A DNA stretch of 64,000 nucleotides from Helicobacter cetorum (GCA_022729735.1 DZAY01000011.1:5066-69065); one strand, 5' to 3'. Shown: positions 10,825 to 21,120, counted from the stretch's first letter. The notes: a model not told the origin generated them from the letters alone. Numbers and translations are program-made.

Positions 10825-11373
10825 TTTTGCTTTTAAATCTATCTCTCCAAATATTGTAGCACTCAAACTCTTATCAAAAAGTCTAAACATTTCTAAAAGT
10901 TTTATATCCAAAAGCTCATCAAATGATTCTAAAAAAAAACTATTTTGCATCTCTTCATCTAAAACCCATAAAAAACTATCATCTCTTCTTTTGGCAATTG
11001 TAGCTCGTCTATCATCACCCTTGCCAATATACCAAAAGATATAGTTGTTTGAAAATGATAAATTTAACATATCAAATAGGTGTTCTACATCTTCTCTATT
11101 TTTTACAGAATCCAAATTTGGATATATGGATTTAATCAGATATATTGGCACAATAGGTCTTAATCGCTTTGGACGATTTATGCTATTTATAATATATTTT
11201 CCAAACCACTCTCTATCAGTATCAGTTACAAGTATGATTGAAGTTCCACTAAGCAGGTAATTTAAGCAGTTGCTAACCAGAGGAACCCATTCAAATTTTC
11301 GCTCCTCTAACCAGCTATTTATTCCTTTGTCGTTCCTAATTGTCTCTATAGTCCATTTTAGGAACTCATCCAT
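10816..11373 (-). CDS. hobA: HobA-like DnaA-binding replication initiation protein
   Basis: 185 aa, lying directly downstream of rppH-lysC as in H. pylori (HP1228-1229-1230). From memory, it resembles HobA in the blocks LLSGTSIILVTDTDREWF and LLDIKLLEMFRLFDKSL. Confidence 0.6.
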   Translation of the reverse strand: MDEFLKWTIETIRNDKGINSWLEERKFEWVPLVSNCLNYLLSGTSIILVTDTDREWFGKYIINSINRPKRLRPIVPIYLIKSIYPNLDSVKNREDVEHLFDMLNLSFSNNYIFWYIGKGDDRRATIAKRRDDSFLWVLDEEMQNSFFLESFDELLDIKLLEMFRLFDKSLSATIFGEIDLKAKKE

Positions 11374-12578
11374 TATTTATCTAACTCATAAACTTCATGC
11401 AACACTCTTACAGCTAATTCGCCATATTTTTTATCAATAACCATAGATATTTTTATCTCACTTGTGCTAATCATCATAATATTAATATTATCTTTTGCCA
11501 TAGCACTAAATGCTTTTGAAGCGACTCCACTATGAGATTTCATACCAACACCAACTATTGATACTTTGCAAATATTATTATCAAAATCTACTCTTTGAGC
11601 ATTTTTTTCAAAATTTTGCATAACAATTTTTGCTCTCTCTAATTCACTTTGAGGAACTGTAAAATCTAAATTTGTCTTGCCATCATGTCCTATAGTTTGA
11701 ACAATCATATCTACATTAATGTTTTCATCTGCTAAAGAGTTAAAAATTTCAGAGGCAATTCCAGGTCTATCCTCAACTCCAACCATACTAACTCTTGCTT
11801 GATTTTTATCTAAAGCAACACCACTAACAATTGGTTTTTCCATAATATTCTCTTCCTTTGTAATTAAAGTTCCATCATTATTATTAAATGAGTTTCTTGT
11901 AACTAAATTTACATTTAACTTTTTAGCTAACTCAACTGACCTATTTTGCAGAACTTTTGCACCAAGTGAAGCAAGTTCTAACATCTCATCATAACTAATT
12001 TTTTCTAACTTCTTAGCTTTTGGCTCAATTCGTGGGTCTGTTGTATATACTCCATCTACATCTGTATAAATTTCGCATAAATCAGCATTTAAAGCTCCAG
12101 CAATTGCAACTGCACTCAAATCACTTCCACCTCTTCCAAGTGTTGTTACATTCCCATCTTCACTCACACCTTGAAATCCAGCTACAACTACAATATAACC
12201 ATCATCTAAATATTTTTTAATATTTTCACCATTTATACTATTAATTCTTGCACCAGTATGAACAGTATCAGTAACAATTCCAGCACCTCTACCAGTTAAT
12301 CCAATAGCTTTATATCCAAGACTTTGAATTGCAATAGAAGTTAGTGCTGTCGTAATTCGCTCACCAGAGCTTAATAGCAAATCCATATCTTTTTTTGATG
12401 GAGTTTTACTAAAATATTCAGCATACTCTATTAGTTTATTAGTTTCTCCACTCATAGCAGAAACCACAACAACTACATCAGCACCACTCTTTTTTGCTTC
12501 AACTACTCTGTTTGCAACATTTTGAATTCTCTCCAAATTACCAACACTTGTGCCACCATACTTTTGAACAATTAGCAT
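11373..12578 (-). CDS. lysC: Aspartate kinase
   Basis: MLIVQKYGGTSVG N-terminus with C-terminal ACT domains; 401 aa. Confidence 0.95.
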   Translation of the reverse strand: MLIVQKYGGTSVGNLERIQNVANRVVEAKKSGADVVVVVSAMSGETNKLIEYAEYFSKTPSKKDMDLLLSSGERITTALTSIAIQSLGYKAIGLTGRGAGIVTDTVHTGARINSINGENIKKYLDDGYIVVVAGFQGVSEDGNVTTLGRGGSDLSAVAIAGALNADLCEIYTDVDGVYTTDPRIEPKAKKLEKISYDEMLELASLGAKVLQNRSVELAKKLNVNLVTRNSFNNNDGTLITKEENIMEKPIVSGVALDKNQARVSMVGVEDRPGIASEIFNSLADENINVDMIVQTIGHDGKTNLDFTVPQSELERAKIVMQNFEKNAQRVDFDNNICKVSIVGVGMKSHSGVASKAFSAMAKDNINIMMISTSEIKISMVIDKKYGELAVRVLHEVYELDK

Positions 12579-13054
12579 TAAATATACCCCTCTTTTTTGA
12601 AGTAATCAAGAACTTTCTTATACACAGGTCGCTTAAAATATGTGATATAGTCAAAAATTTTATCAGATGGAACAAATTTAAATTCTGAAAACTCTGGATG
12701 TTTTGTATTTAAATTTATATTTGCACCATATTTTAATTTTACTAAATAGTATTTTTGTATCTGCCCATCATATGGATACATTTTTTTAGCTATCGAATCT
12801 GGAAAATCATAGCTAACCCATTTAGGATACTCTTTTAAAATATCCACCTTATCTGTTCCTATCTCCTCTTTTAACTCTCTAAATAGAGCATCTTTGGGAG
12901 TTTCGCCCTCGTCGATACCACCTTGAGGAAATTGCCAAGCATCTTTTATATCACTTCTACAAGCAATAAACAATTCACACTTCTCTGGATATTTTGATGA
13001 GAGAATGATTGCTGCAACATTAGGTCTGTATCTTTTCTCCTTTGTATCTGTCAT
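12578..13054 (-). CDS. rppH: RNA pyrophosphohydrolase (NUDIX)
   Basis: Nudix box GGIDEGETPKDALFRELKEEIG. Its stop overlaps the lysC start. Confidence 0.85.
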   Translation of the reverse strand: MTDTKEKRYRPNVAAIILSSKYPEKCELFIACRSDIKDAWQFPQGGIDEGETPKDALFRELKEEIGTDKVDILKEYPKWVSYDFPDSIAKKMYPYDGQIQKYYLVKLKYGANINLNTKHPEFSEFKFVPSDKIFDYITYFKRPVYKKVLDYFKKEGYI

Positions 13055-13118
13055 AAAATTCTCTTTGAATATTTTGGTAGAATACTACACTAACTCTATT
13101 TAAACAAGGATAAAAACA

Positions 13119-14159
13119 GTGCTGTATATACATATCCCCTTTTGCGATAGTAAATGTTTTTACTGCTCGTTCAACTCATATAGTGATAGCAATCACTTAA
13201 TTGAAAGTTATTTAGAAGCTCTCAAAAAAGATTTAATCAATAGTCTAAAAAATAGAAATATAACTTTTAATTCAATATTTATTGGTGGAGGAACTCCATC
13301 AGTTATAAATGCAAAAGAGTATGAAGAGCTATTTTTAATTTTGAAACCATTTATAGATGATAAAACTGAAATAACTATTGAAGCAAATCCAAATAGTGCA
13401 ACTTATGAATGGTTGAGTTTTATGAAAAATTTTGTAAATAGAATTAGTTTTGGCATTCAAAGTTTTGATGATAAAAAGCTAAAATTTTTGGGAAGAGTTC
13501 ATAATAAAGAGATTGCTATGAAAGCTTTACAATTTGCAAAAGAGTTAAATTATCAAAATATATCAATTGATTTAATTTATGGATGTTTAGGAGATAATTT
13601 AGATTTACTTTTTAATGATTTAAAAATAGCAAAGAGCTTTGATATACAACATATCAGTGCATATTCACTAACTATTGAAGAAAATACAAAATTTTTTGGC
13701 AAAAATGTAGCTTTTGAAGATATAGATTTAGCAAAAAGTTTTTGTCAAAAAATAGAAGAGTTTGGATTTAAACAGTATGAAATTTCAAATTTTGGAATAA
13801 AGTCAAAACATAATTATGGATATTGGGAAGGTAGAGATTATATTGGTGTTGGTTGTGGTGCTGTTGGATTTGCTAAAAATATGAGATTTTATACAAATAA
13901 CAGTATTTTTGAATATATAAAAGAGCCAACTTTTAGAAATATAGAAGAGTTAAATGAAAAAGCTTTAAAATTAGAAAAGATTTTTTTAGGATTTAGGTCA
14001 GATTTAGGAGTGGCTTTAGATATTTTTTCACAAAAAGAGTTGGATAAGATAAATATATTAGAAAGAGAGTCAAAAGTTAGTGTAAAAAATGGAAAAGTTT
14101 ATAATTTGGAGCTATTCTTAGCAGATGAACTTACTATTTTTATAACAGAAGTTTTATAA
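13119..14159 (+). CDS. hemW: Radical SAM heme chaperone HemW (HemN-like)
   Basis: HIPFCDSKCFYCSF CxxxCxxC motif; about 346 aa, the size of HemW. Confidence 0.85.
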   Translation: MLYIHIPFCDSKCFYCSFNSYSDSNHLIESYLEALKKDLINSLKNRNITFNSIFIGGGTPSVINAKEYEELFLILKPFIDDKTEITIEANPNSATYEWLSFMKNFVNRISFGIQSFDDKKLKFLGRVHNKEIAMKALQFAKELNYQNISIDLIYGCLGDNLDLLFNDLKIAKSFDIQHISAYSLTIEENTKFFGKNVAFEDIDLAKSFCQKIEEFGFKQYEISNFGIKSKHNYGYWEGRDYIGVGCGAVGFAKNMRFYTNNSIFEYIKEPTFRNIEELNEKALKLEKIFLGFRSDLGVALDIFSQKELDKINILERESKVSVKNGKVYNLELFLADELTIFITEVL

Positions 14160-14204
14160 AAATTTAGATAACATTATGTAAATTATTAATATAAGGAGTA
14201 GGCT

Positions 14205-14810
14205 TTGAGTTTGAGAGAGGATATAAGTGAAATCAAAAATGAACTCACAGCTCAAGAAAAGTTTTTAGAGAGCATTATAAAATTAGAAGGGTTTTATAAA
14301 AAAAATAGAAAAATTTTAGTGGGAGTTATTGTAGTTTTAGTAGTTGTTGGTATTGGTGTTGTAATCAAAAATAGTATAGAAGAGCAAAAAATTATCAACT
14401 CTAATATAGCTTATATGACTCTAAAAGATAAACCAGAAGATAAAGAAGCTTTAGAAACTTTAGCAAAAAATGAGTCTTTATACAATGTTTATCTATTTGA
14501 AGAAGCACTCAAAAGTGGAAATATAGATAAATTAAATGAGTTAGCAAATAAAAATATTCCTATTTTATCTGATATAGCAAAGTATCAAATGGTTTCGCTT
14601 AAAAAAGATGAAAAACTGTTTGCAGAATACTCTACAAAACAAGGTGCAATATTGAAAGATTTAGCAACTCTTCAAGAAGTTTATCTATTAATTCAAAATG
14701 GTAATTTAGTAAGAGCCAAAGAAAAACTCTCATTTATTGGTTTTGATTCACCAGTTAGAAATATAGCAACATTTATGGAACACTATCTAATTGATAGTAA
14801 AAAGAATTAA
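14205..14810 (+). CDS. Hypothetical membrane-anchored protein
   Basis: TTG start 6 nt after AAGGAG. One TM helix (ILVGVIVVLVVVGIGVVI) followed by a helical soluble region. Confidence 0.5.
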   Translation: MSLREDISEIKNELTAQEKFLESIIKLEGFYKKNRKILVGVIVVLVVVGIGVVIKNSIEEQKIINSNIAYMTLKDKPEDKEALETLAKNESLYNVYLFEEALKSGNIDKLNELANKNIPILSDIAKYQMVSLKKDEKLFAEYSTKQGAILKDLATLQEVYLLIQNGNLVRAKEKLSFIGFDSPVRNIATFMEHYLIDSKKN

Positions 14811-14812
14811 AA

Positions 14813-15775
14813 ATGTTTAAATATATAATTATTCCAGCAATTCTATTTTTTGTTGGCTGTTCGCAAAAAGAGTATTTCAAACCAGAAAATGTAAAAGGCA
14901 CACTATATTTTGATGGCAAGTTATCATCTGAAATCAAATATGTATCAAAAGATGGTGCAACTTTAAGTGATTTAAAAGTTATTAACTCAAATTTAGTTGC
15001 AGAAGATGGCTTTAAATTTTTAAGTGAAACTGATGGTATTGGACTTTTTGCAGATTGTTGTGGAAAGTTAAAAGTTGGTGATTTGGTTTTAGAGTTTGAA
15101 AAAACGGTTTTAAGTGCAACTTTAAAAGGTAATAATTTAGCTGTAATATTGTCTAACAATACTTTTATACTATTTGATTTAAATAGTAAAACCACAATTT
15201 TTAAAGACAAAAGAGTTAATGTAACTTCAATTGATACAAGAGTTGCAAAACCAATATTTTTAGATGATTTACTGCTATATCCTACACTTGATGGAAAAAT
15301 TGTAGTTTTAGATTTGAATAAAAGAGAAATCATAAAAGATATAGCTGTTGATTCTAACCAATTCTTTTCAAATCTCATATTTTTAGAAGTAGATGGAGAA
15401 AAATTAATTGGAGCAACAAAAGAGAGAGCAATTATTGTAGATGCAAATGGTGTTGAGTCTAAACAGTTCAATATAAAAGAGATAGCTTTTGCAAAAGATA
15501 TGTTATATATCTTAACAAAAGAGGGAAAAGTATTTGAAGTTGATATGCTTTTAAATATTAAAAAAGAGTTAAAATTTCCATTTGCAAATTTTGTAGGAAT
15601 TATCGTAAAAGAGGATAAGTTATATCTTTTTGAGCGAGAAGGGTATATGATAATTTTAGAAAAAGATTTCAAAGAGTATTCAATCTACAAATTAAACAGT
15701 GGTAGAATGGAAGCTAAAAGTTTTATTATGGGTGATAAGTTTTATTATCATGACACTGTTTTGACTATTAAATAA
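14813..15775 (+). CDS. Putative lipoprotein
   Basis: Lipobox signal peptide MFKYIIIPAILFFVGC|SQ. It starts 3 nt after the upstream stop and has beta-rich repetitive composition. Confidence 0.6.
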   Translation: MFKYIIIPAILFFVGCSQKEYFKPENVKGTLYFDGKLSSEIKYVSKDGATLSDLKVINSNLVAEDGFKFLSETDGIGLFADCCGKLKVGDLVLEFEKTVLSATLKGNNLAVILSNNTFILFDLNSKTTIFKDKRVNVTSIDTRVAKPIFLDDLLLYPTLDGKIVVLDLNKREIIKDIAVDSNQFFSNLIFLEVDGEKLIGATKERAIIVDANGVESKQFNIKEIAFAKDMLYILTKEGKVFEVDMLLNIKKELKFPFANFVGIIVKEDKLYLFEREGYMIILEKDFKEYSIYKLNSGRMEAKSFIMGDKFYYHDTVLTIK

Positions 15776-15789
15776 TTGGAGAGTTTTTA

Positions 15790-16410
15790 GTGCTACTTTG
15801 TGATATTGGAAATAGTTATTTCCACTTTTATAGAAAAGGGGCTATTTGGAAAGAGCCATCAAATAGATACCCAAAAGAGCTTAATGAAAATATCGTATAT
15901 TATATAAGTGTAAATGAAAAAGCAACAGAGAAACTATTAGGAATGTATCCAGATGCTATTGATTTAGATGAATATTTATATTTAGATACAAGTTATAGAG
16001 GGCTTGGAATTGATAGAAAAGCAAGTTGTTTAGCCGTAGTAGATGGTGTAGTTGTAGATGCAGGAAGTGCAATTACAGTTGATATTATGGAAAATTCTGT
16101 CCATTTAGGTGGTTATATTTTACCAGGGTTTGGAATTTATCAAAAACTTTTTAAATCTATATCTAAAAAATTGGATTTAAATCTCAATTTTGGTGTAGCC
16201 ATAGATACACTTCCTCAAAATACTGCTGATGCTATGAGTTATGGAGTTTTACGACCAATTTATGAAATTATCAGAAATAGTTGCAAAAATAAAAGATTAT
16301 ACTTTACAGGTGGTGATGGAAAGTTTCTATCAAAATTTTTTGAAGACTCTATATATGATGAATCGATTGTATTTAAAGGTATGTTAAAAGCAATTGATAA
16401 TTTAAAATAA
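15790..16410 (+). CDS. coaX: Type III pantothenate kinase
   Basis: N-terminal LLCDIGNS, an internal VVVDAGSAITVD, and a C-terminal TGGDG. Confidence 0.85.
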   Translation: MLLCDIGNSYFHFYRKGAIWKEPSNRYPKELNENIVYYISVNEKATEKLLGMYPDAIDLDEYLYLDTSYRGLGIDRKASCLAVVDGVVVDAGSAITVDIMENSVHLGGYILPGFGIYQKLFKSISKKLDLNLNFGVAIDTLPQNTADAMSYGVLRPIYEIIRNSCKNKRLYFTGGDGKFLSKFFEDSIYDESIVFKGMLKAIDNLK

Positions 16411-16420
16411 AAGGAAATTT

Positions 16421-17029
16421 ATGCTAACAATTGCTCTTCCAAAAGGTAGGGTAGCAGATAGTGCTATTTTGATATTTCAGAAAGTTTTAAACAAAGAGTT
16501 TGCATTTGAAAATAGAAAACTTATTTTAGATGTAGATGAATTTAGATTTTTACTTGTCAGAAATCAAGATGTGCCAACATATGTGGCTCACCAAGCTGCT
16601 GACTTAGGTATTGTTGGGCTTGATGTTTTAGAAGAAAAAGAGATGGATTTAATCAAACTTTTAAATTTAGGTATTGGCAAATGTAGAGTTATTGTTGGAA
16701 TAAAAGAAGATGAGGCTCTTGATTACTCTAAACCAGAAATTAAAATTGCTACAAAAATGGTAAATATTGCAAAAAACTACTTTGCAAAAAAAGCAATGGC
16801 TGTTGATATTATAAAATTATATGGCTCTATTGAACTTGCTCCACTTGTGGGGTTAGCTGATGCAATAGTTGATATAGAAGAAACAGGTGCCACACTAAGA
16901 CAAAATAATTTAAAAGTAGCAGAAGTAATAATGGAATCAACCGCCCATTTAGTTGCAAATCCAAATAGTTTTTACTCCAAAAAAGATGATATTTTAAATC
17001 TCTCAAAAAAGATAAAAGAGTTTATATAA
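16421..17029 (+). CDS. hisG: ATP phosphoribosyltransferase, short form
   Basis: MLTIALPKGR N-terminus; the 202-aa length indicates the short HisG type. Confidence 0.9.
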   Translation: MLTIALPKGRVADSAILIFQKVLNKEFAFENRKLILDVDEFRFLLVRNQDVPTYVAHQAADLGIVGLDVLEEKEMDLIKLLNLGIGKCRVIVGIKEDEALDYSKPEIKIATKMVNIAKNYFAKKAMAVDIIKLYGSIELAPLVGLADAIVDIEETGATLRQNNLKVAEVIMESTAHLVANPNSFYSKKDDILNLSKKIKEFI

Positions 17030-17037
17030 GGATTAAT

Positions 17038-18321
17038 ATGGAAGATGGAGTTAAACTACTAATTGTAGATGATTTAGAAGATAATAGAGTTGTTTTAAAA
17101 AAAGTTTTAAGAAAAATAAAACATGTAAAACTTTTTGAAGCAGAAGATGGAGATATAGCAGTTGATTTTGTAAAGGCAAACAGACCAGAAATTGTGATTA
17201 TGGATATTATGATGCCAAATAAAAATGGTATAGATGCTACAAAAGAGATAAAAGAGTTATATCCAGAAACAATTGTTGTGGTTGTGACAGCACTTCAAGA
17301 TGCTAATTTAGAATCAAAACTTATTAGTGTTGGTGCTACTGCATATATTAGAAAACCTTTTGATAGAGAAATAATTCAGCTCAAAATCCAAAATTTAGTA
17401 GATTTGGTTATGTCTCAAAAAAATAGCTATCAATTCCAAAGTAAAAAAAGCAGTATAAACCCATTTTCTACAGATATAAGAAGTATGCAGATATATTATC
17501 ATATAAATAATATAGAAGATATGATGGATTTTGGATTGTGGTTACTTGATTATTATCACTCAAAAGCTACAAGTGGAACATTTAAATTTAATATTATATT
17601 AGAGTTTTTATATACTATTTTAAAAACAGTTATCAACTCAAAACATAATAGTATAGTTGTGATTGAAGAGGGTACAAGTGAAATTTATATCAATTTACAA
17701 ACTCTCAAAGAGAGTAATTTAAGCTTAAGTATTGAAAAATTTTCGAGCGAACTTGGCGAAGATATGTTAATTAAAGGTGATTTTATACATTTAAAAGTTA
17801 GCTTTGAAGATTTAACACTCAAAACAAAAAAAGAGGTTAGAAAATTAGAAAATATTGAAGTAGATGTTTTACGAAAATCTTATAGTGAAAAAATTGATGC
17901 TATTAGCTTTGCAAAAACAGTTGAAGGTTATATTATTGATGAAATTGATGATTTAAAAGATATTGAAGCTGATTGGGATAATGCTGTATTGGATTTTGAG
18001 AAAGAGCATAATTTTAGTAATTTGAAAAAACTCTCCAACTTAATATATCAATATTCAACTGTAATTAATAATATGTATGAGTTTGCTTCACTTGCTTATG
18101 CAATATCTTCTTTATCAGTATTTTTGAATAATACAAAAGAAGAGATAATACAAGATAAAACAAACTCAAAAAAGATTGTAGTTTTATTAAATGCCGTTAT
18201 GCATGATTTAATAGAGTGGAGAAAAACTGTTTTTGAATACAAAGAAGCAAAAGATATTCACTATTTAGATAGCTCTCTTTTTAGCTCATGTCTTCAAATA
18301 GAGTTGATTTTAAATAAATAG
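17038..18321 (+). CDS. Response regulator: REC domain plus an uncharacterised ~300-aa C-terminal domain
   Basis: REC motifs LIVDDLEDN and VIMDIMMPNKNG. The remainder has no output domain that I recognise. Confidence 0.75.
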   Translation: MEDGVKLLIVDDLEDNRVVLKKVLRKIKHVKLFEAEDGDIAVDFVKANRPEIVIMDIMMPNKNGIDATKEIKELYPETIVVVVTALQDANLESKLISVGATAYIRKPFDREIIQLKIQNLVDLVMSQKNSYQFQSKKSSINPFSTDIRSMQIYYHINNIEDMMDFGLWLLDYYHSKATSGTFKFNIILEFLYTILKTVINSKHNSIVVIEEGTSEIYINLQTLKESNLSLSIEKFSSELGEDMLIKGDFIHLKVSFEDLTLKTKKEVRKLENIEVDVLRKSYSEKIDAISFAKTVEGYIIDEIDDLKDIEADWDNAVLDFEKEHNFSNLKKLSNLIYQYSTVINNMYEFASLAYAISSLSVFLNNTKEEIIQDKTNSKKIVVLLNAVMHDLIEWRKTVFEYKEAKDIHYLDSSLFSSCLQIELILNK

Positions 18322-18365
18322 TGCTATTGAAAGTGATAGCAGTGATGAAGGTTTGGAACTGTTTT

Positions 18366-18390
18366 AATAATAGACAAAAAGTCTATTATT
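18366..18390. terminator. Bidirectional hairpin between convergent genes
   Basis: AATAATAGAC / GTCTATTATT perfect 10-bp inverted repeat with an AAAAA loop, and T-runs after it. Confidence 0.5.
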
Positions 18391-19372
18391 AACTATTTTT
18401 ATTTTTTATTATCGAATGTATAAGTGCTGATATAATAAATCCTAAACCAATTGTGCCTGTAATAAATTCACTTATATGAAAAAACATCTTTAAAAACATA
18501 ATTGTAGCCAAAGCACCAATTGCCCATAAAGCACCATGCTCTAAATATACAAATAGTTTTAGTGTCTTTTTTTCTACAAAATAGATTGTCATACTTCTAA
18601 CATACATAGCTCCAATTCCAAGTCCAATCATAATAATAAAAATATCACTACTCAAAGCAAATGCTCCAATAACTCCATCAAATGAGAATGATGCATCTAA
18701 AACTTCAAGATATAATAGTCCTCCAACACCACTTTTTACACTATCAGCAGAAAACAAATCATCAATAGAGCTTAATAGTGAGTGTAACAATACACCAAGA
18801 AAATATGCAAAAGTTACACTATTATTATCTATAATATGGCTTATAACAAGTCCTACTGATATTGCAACTATCAATTCAATATTTGCAACACCTGATAATT
18901 TATTTGTAAGTTTAGAATCTTCAATTAGTTTAATCCACTTCTCTTCTCTATCTTCATCAAAAAAGAAATCCAAAAATACCATTAATAAAAATGCTCCACC
19001 AAATGCAAAAATTAACTTTTCATTTTCTAATAGCTTTTGATGATAAACTTCGGGTGAATTTAGAGCTAAATCAAAAGTTTCAAAAAATCCTAAACCTGCA
19101 CTAATTGCAACAATTATAATTGGAAATAAAAACCTCATTCCAAATACAGCGATTGGAATTCCAACCCAAATAAATGCTTTTTGATACTCTGGAGCCATTG
19201 TTGATAAAACTTTAGCATTTACAACTGCATTATCAAATGAGATAGAGACTTCTAAGATTACAAGCAAAATTGCAATATAAAAACCTTGCCAACCACCATA
19301 AAAATATGCTATTGTAAGACCAATAGCAGTGATAATATACGAACCAAAAAAGTATTTCACATAAACCTCCAA
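18389..19372 (-). CDS. DUF475/TerC-like integral membrane protein
   Basis: Polytopic membrane protein with ISFDNAVVNA and ASFSFDGVIGAF repeats, characteristic of this family. Confidence 0.6.
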   Translation of the reverse strand: MEVYVKYFFGSYIITAIGLTIAYFYGGWQGFYIAILLVILEVSISFDNAVVNAKVLSTMAPEYQKAFIWVGIPIAVFGMRFLFPIIIVAISAGLGFFETFDLALNSPEVYHQKLLENEKLIFAFGGAFLLMVFLDFFFDEDREEKWIKLIEDSKLTNKLSGVANIELIVAISVGLVISHIIDNNSVTFAYFLGVLLHSLLSSIDDLFSADSVKSGVGGLLYLEVLDASFSFDGVIGAFALSSDIFIIMIGLGIGAMYVRSMTIYFVEKKTLKLFVYLEHGALWAIGALATIMFLKMFFHISEFITGTIGLGFIISALIHSIIKNKNS

Positions 19373-19394
19373 AAATTAAGTTTGGAATTTTATC

Positions 19395-19997
19395 TTAATT
19401 AATTTTTGTAGAGTTTAAAATAGTAGCACCTGCTTGAATAATAGAATATGGAGCAATATTTATATATTGTTTGAACACTGAATTACTCCCAATAAATGAG
19501 TGTTCTCCAATTACAACTCCACCATTTATACAAGCACCAGTTGAAATATGACAAAAGTCACCAATACTAACATCATGTTCAATCAATGCTTTTGAATTTA
19601 TAATACAATTTTTACCAATTTTTGCAGAAGCATTTACAATCACACCATGCATAATAATAGTTCCTTCATCAATTTTCGCATATTTTGAAACTATTGCATG
19701 TTTTGATTTTATTATCGGAAATTTAAAATCAAACTCTTTTAATATGTTAAATAGTTTAACTCTTATAGATGATGTTTTAATTTGCCCAACTGTAATTAAA
19801 ATATTTTCAACTTCACATCTTAAATTTTTTAATTCACTCTCATCACCCAAAAATTTATATCCAAAAAGCTCTTTTCCTTTAAGTTCTAAATTACTATCAA
19901 TAATCCCAATAATTTCAAACTCACCACCACTCTCAATCACATCAATACACGATTTACAATGACCACCACCACCAATTAATATAATTTTTTTACACAT
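19395..19997 (-). CDS. NeuD/PglD-type sugar N/O-acetyltransferase (hexapeptide repeat)
   Basis: N-terminal Rossmann-like IILIGGGGHCKS with a C-terminal left-handed beta-helix of repeats. Confidence 0.75.
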   Translation of the reverse strand: MCKKIILIGGGGHCKSCIDVIESGGEFEIIGIIDSNLELKGKELFGYKFLGDESELKNLRCEVENILITVGQIKTSSIRVKLFNILKEFDFKFPIIKSKHAIVSKYAKIDEGTIIMHGVIVNASAKIGKNCIINSKALIEHDVSIGDFCHISTGACINGGVVIGEHSFIGSNSVFKQYINIAPYSIIQAGATILNSTKIN

Positions 19998-20982
19998 TAT
20001 AAATATTAGCCTTGTATTTTTCTAAATTTTTAGGATTACAGAACCACTCAATAGTTTTAGTTAATCCATCTTTTATAGAGTATTTTGGTTTGAAACCTGT
20101 GAGTTTATAAATCTTAGAGTTATCACACCATAATCTAAAGACTTCAGAATTTTCAGGTCTAATCCTACTATTATCAGTAATAAACTCTACATCAGAATTC
20201 ATAATCTCTTTTATTAATTTAAGTGTATCTTGAATACTTATCTCATAGTTTGAGCCAATATTTATGACTTCTCCAATAGTTTTATCACTTTTTGCTATTT
20301 CAATAAATCCTCTACAACTATCTAATACATAATTAAAATCTCTCGTAGGAGTTGTATCACCCAATTTTATCTCTTTATATCCATTTGCAATTTGAGTAAT
20401 AATTGTCGGAATAACTGCTCTATTACTTTGTCTCTCTCCATAAGTATTAAACGGCCTTACAATAGTTAAAGGAAGCTTAAATGAGTTATAATAACTCATA
20501 GCAATACTATCAGCTCCTATTTTACTCGCACTATATGGACTTTGAGGTTGTAATGGATGATTTTCATCAATAGGAACATATTTTGCACTTCCATAAACTT
20601 CACTTGTTGATGTTACAAGAACTCTATTAACTTCATTATCTAAACAGCTTTGCACTATATTTAAAGTGCCAACTACATTTGTATCTATATAACTTTGAGG
20701 AGCAATATATGAGTATGGAATAGCTATTAAAGCGGCTAAGTGAAATACTATATCTATATCTTTTGTAATTTTTTTACATAAAAATGGGTCTCTCACATCA
20801 CCACTAATAATTTCTATATCATTTTTACACGAAATATCTTCTAACCAACCCCAATAGTTAAATGAGTTATAATAACTCAAAGCCCTAACTTTAGCACCTT
20901 CATGATATAACATTTCAACTAAATGAGAACCGATAAACCCATCAGCACCAGTTACTAAAACTCTTTTATTTTTTAAACTCAT
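19990..20982 (-). CDS. NAD-dependent nucleotide-sugar epimerase/dehydratase (SDR)
   Basis: VLVTGADGFIGSHL, and YSASKIGAD as the YxxxK motif. There is an 8-nt overlap with the acetyltransferase. Confidence 0.8.
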   Translation of the reverse strand: MSLKNKRVLVTGADGFIGSHLVEMLYHEGAKVRALSYYNSFNYWGWLEDISCKNDIEIISGDVRDPFLCKKITKDIDIVFHLAALIAIPYSYIAPQSYIDTNVVGTLNIVQSCLDNEVNRVLVTSTSEVYGSAKYVPIDENHPLQPQSPYSASKIGADSIAMSYYNSFKLPLTIVRPFNTYGERQSNRAVIPTIITQIANGYKEIKLGDTTPTRDFNYVLDSCRGFIEIAKSDKTIGEVINIGSNYEISIQDTLKLIKEIMNSDVEFITDNSRIRPENSEVFRLWCDNSKIYKLTGFKPKYSIKDGLTKTIEWFCNPKNLEKYKANIYNV

Positions 20983-21120
20983 TTTTATCCTTAATCAATA
21001 CAATTTTTTAACATGCTAACAGAAATATTTTATGAAATAGATGAAATTTGTAATATAATATCCAAATAATTCATTGGCAAATAGTCAAATTGTTTGTTAA
21101 ATTTGTTAAAAAGGTAAATT

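Noticed and set aside
14773-15672. 299-aa ORF antisense to the lipoprotein gene 14813..15775
   Set aside because: The plus-strand ORF has a proper lipobox signal peptide and fits the operon spacing. The minus ORF is S/K/F-rich low complexity and would run against all its neighbours.
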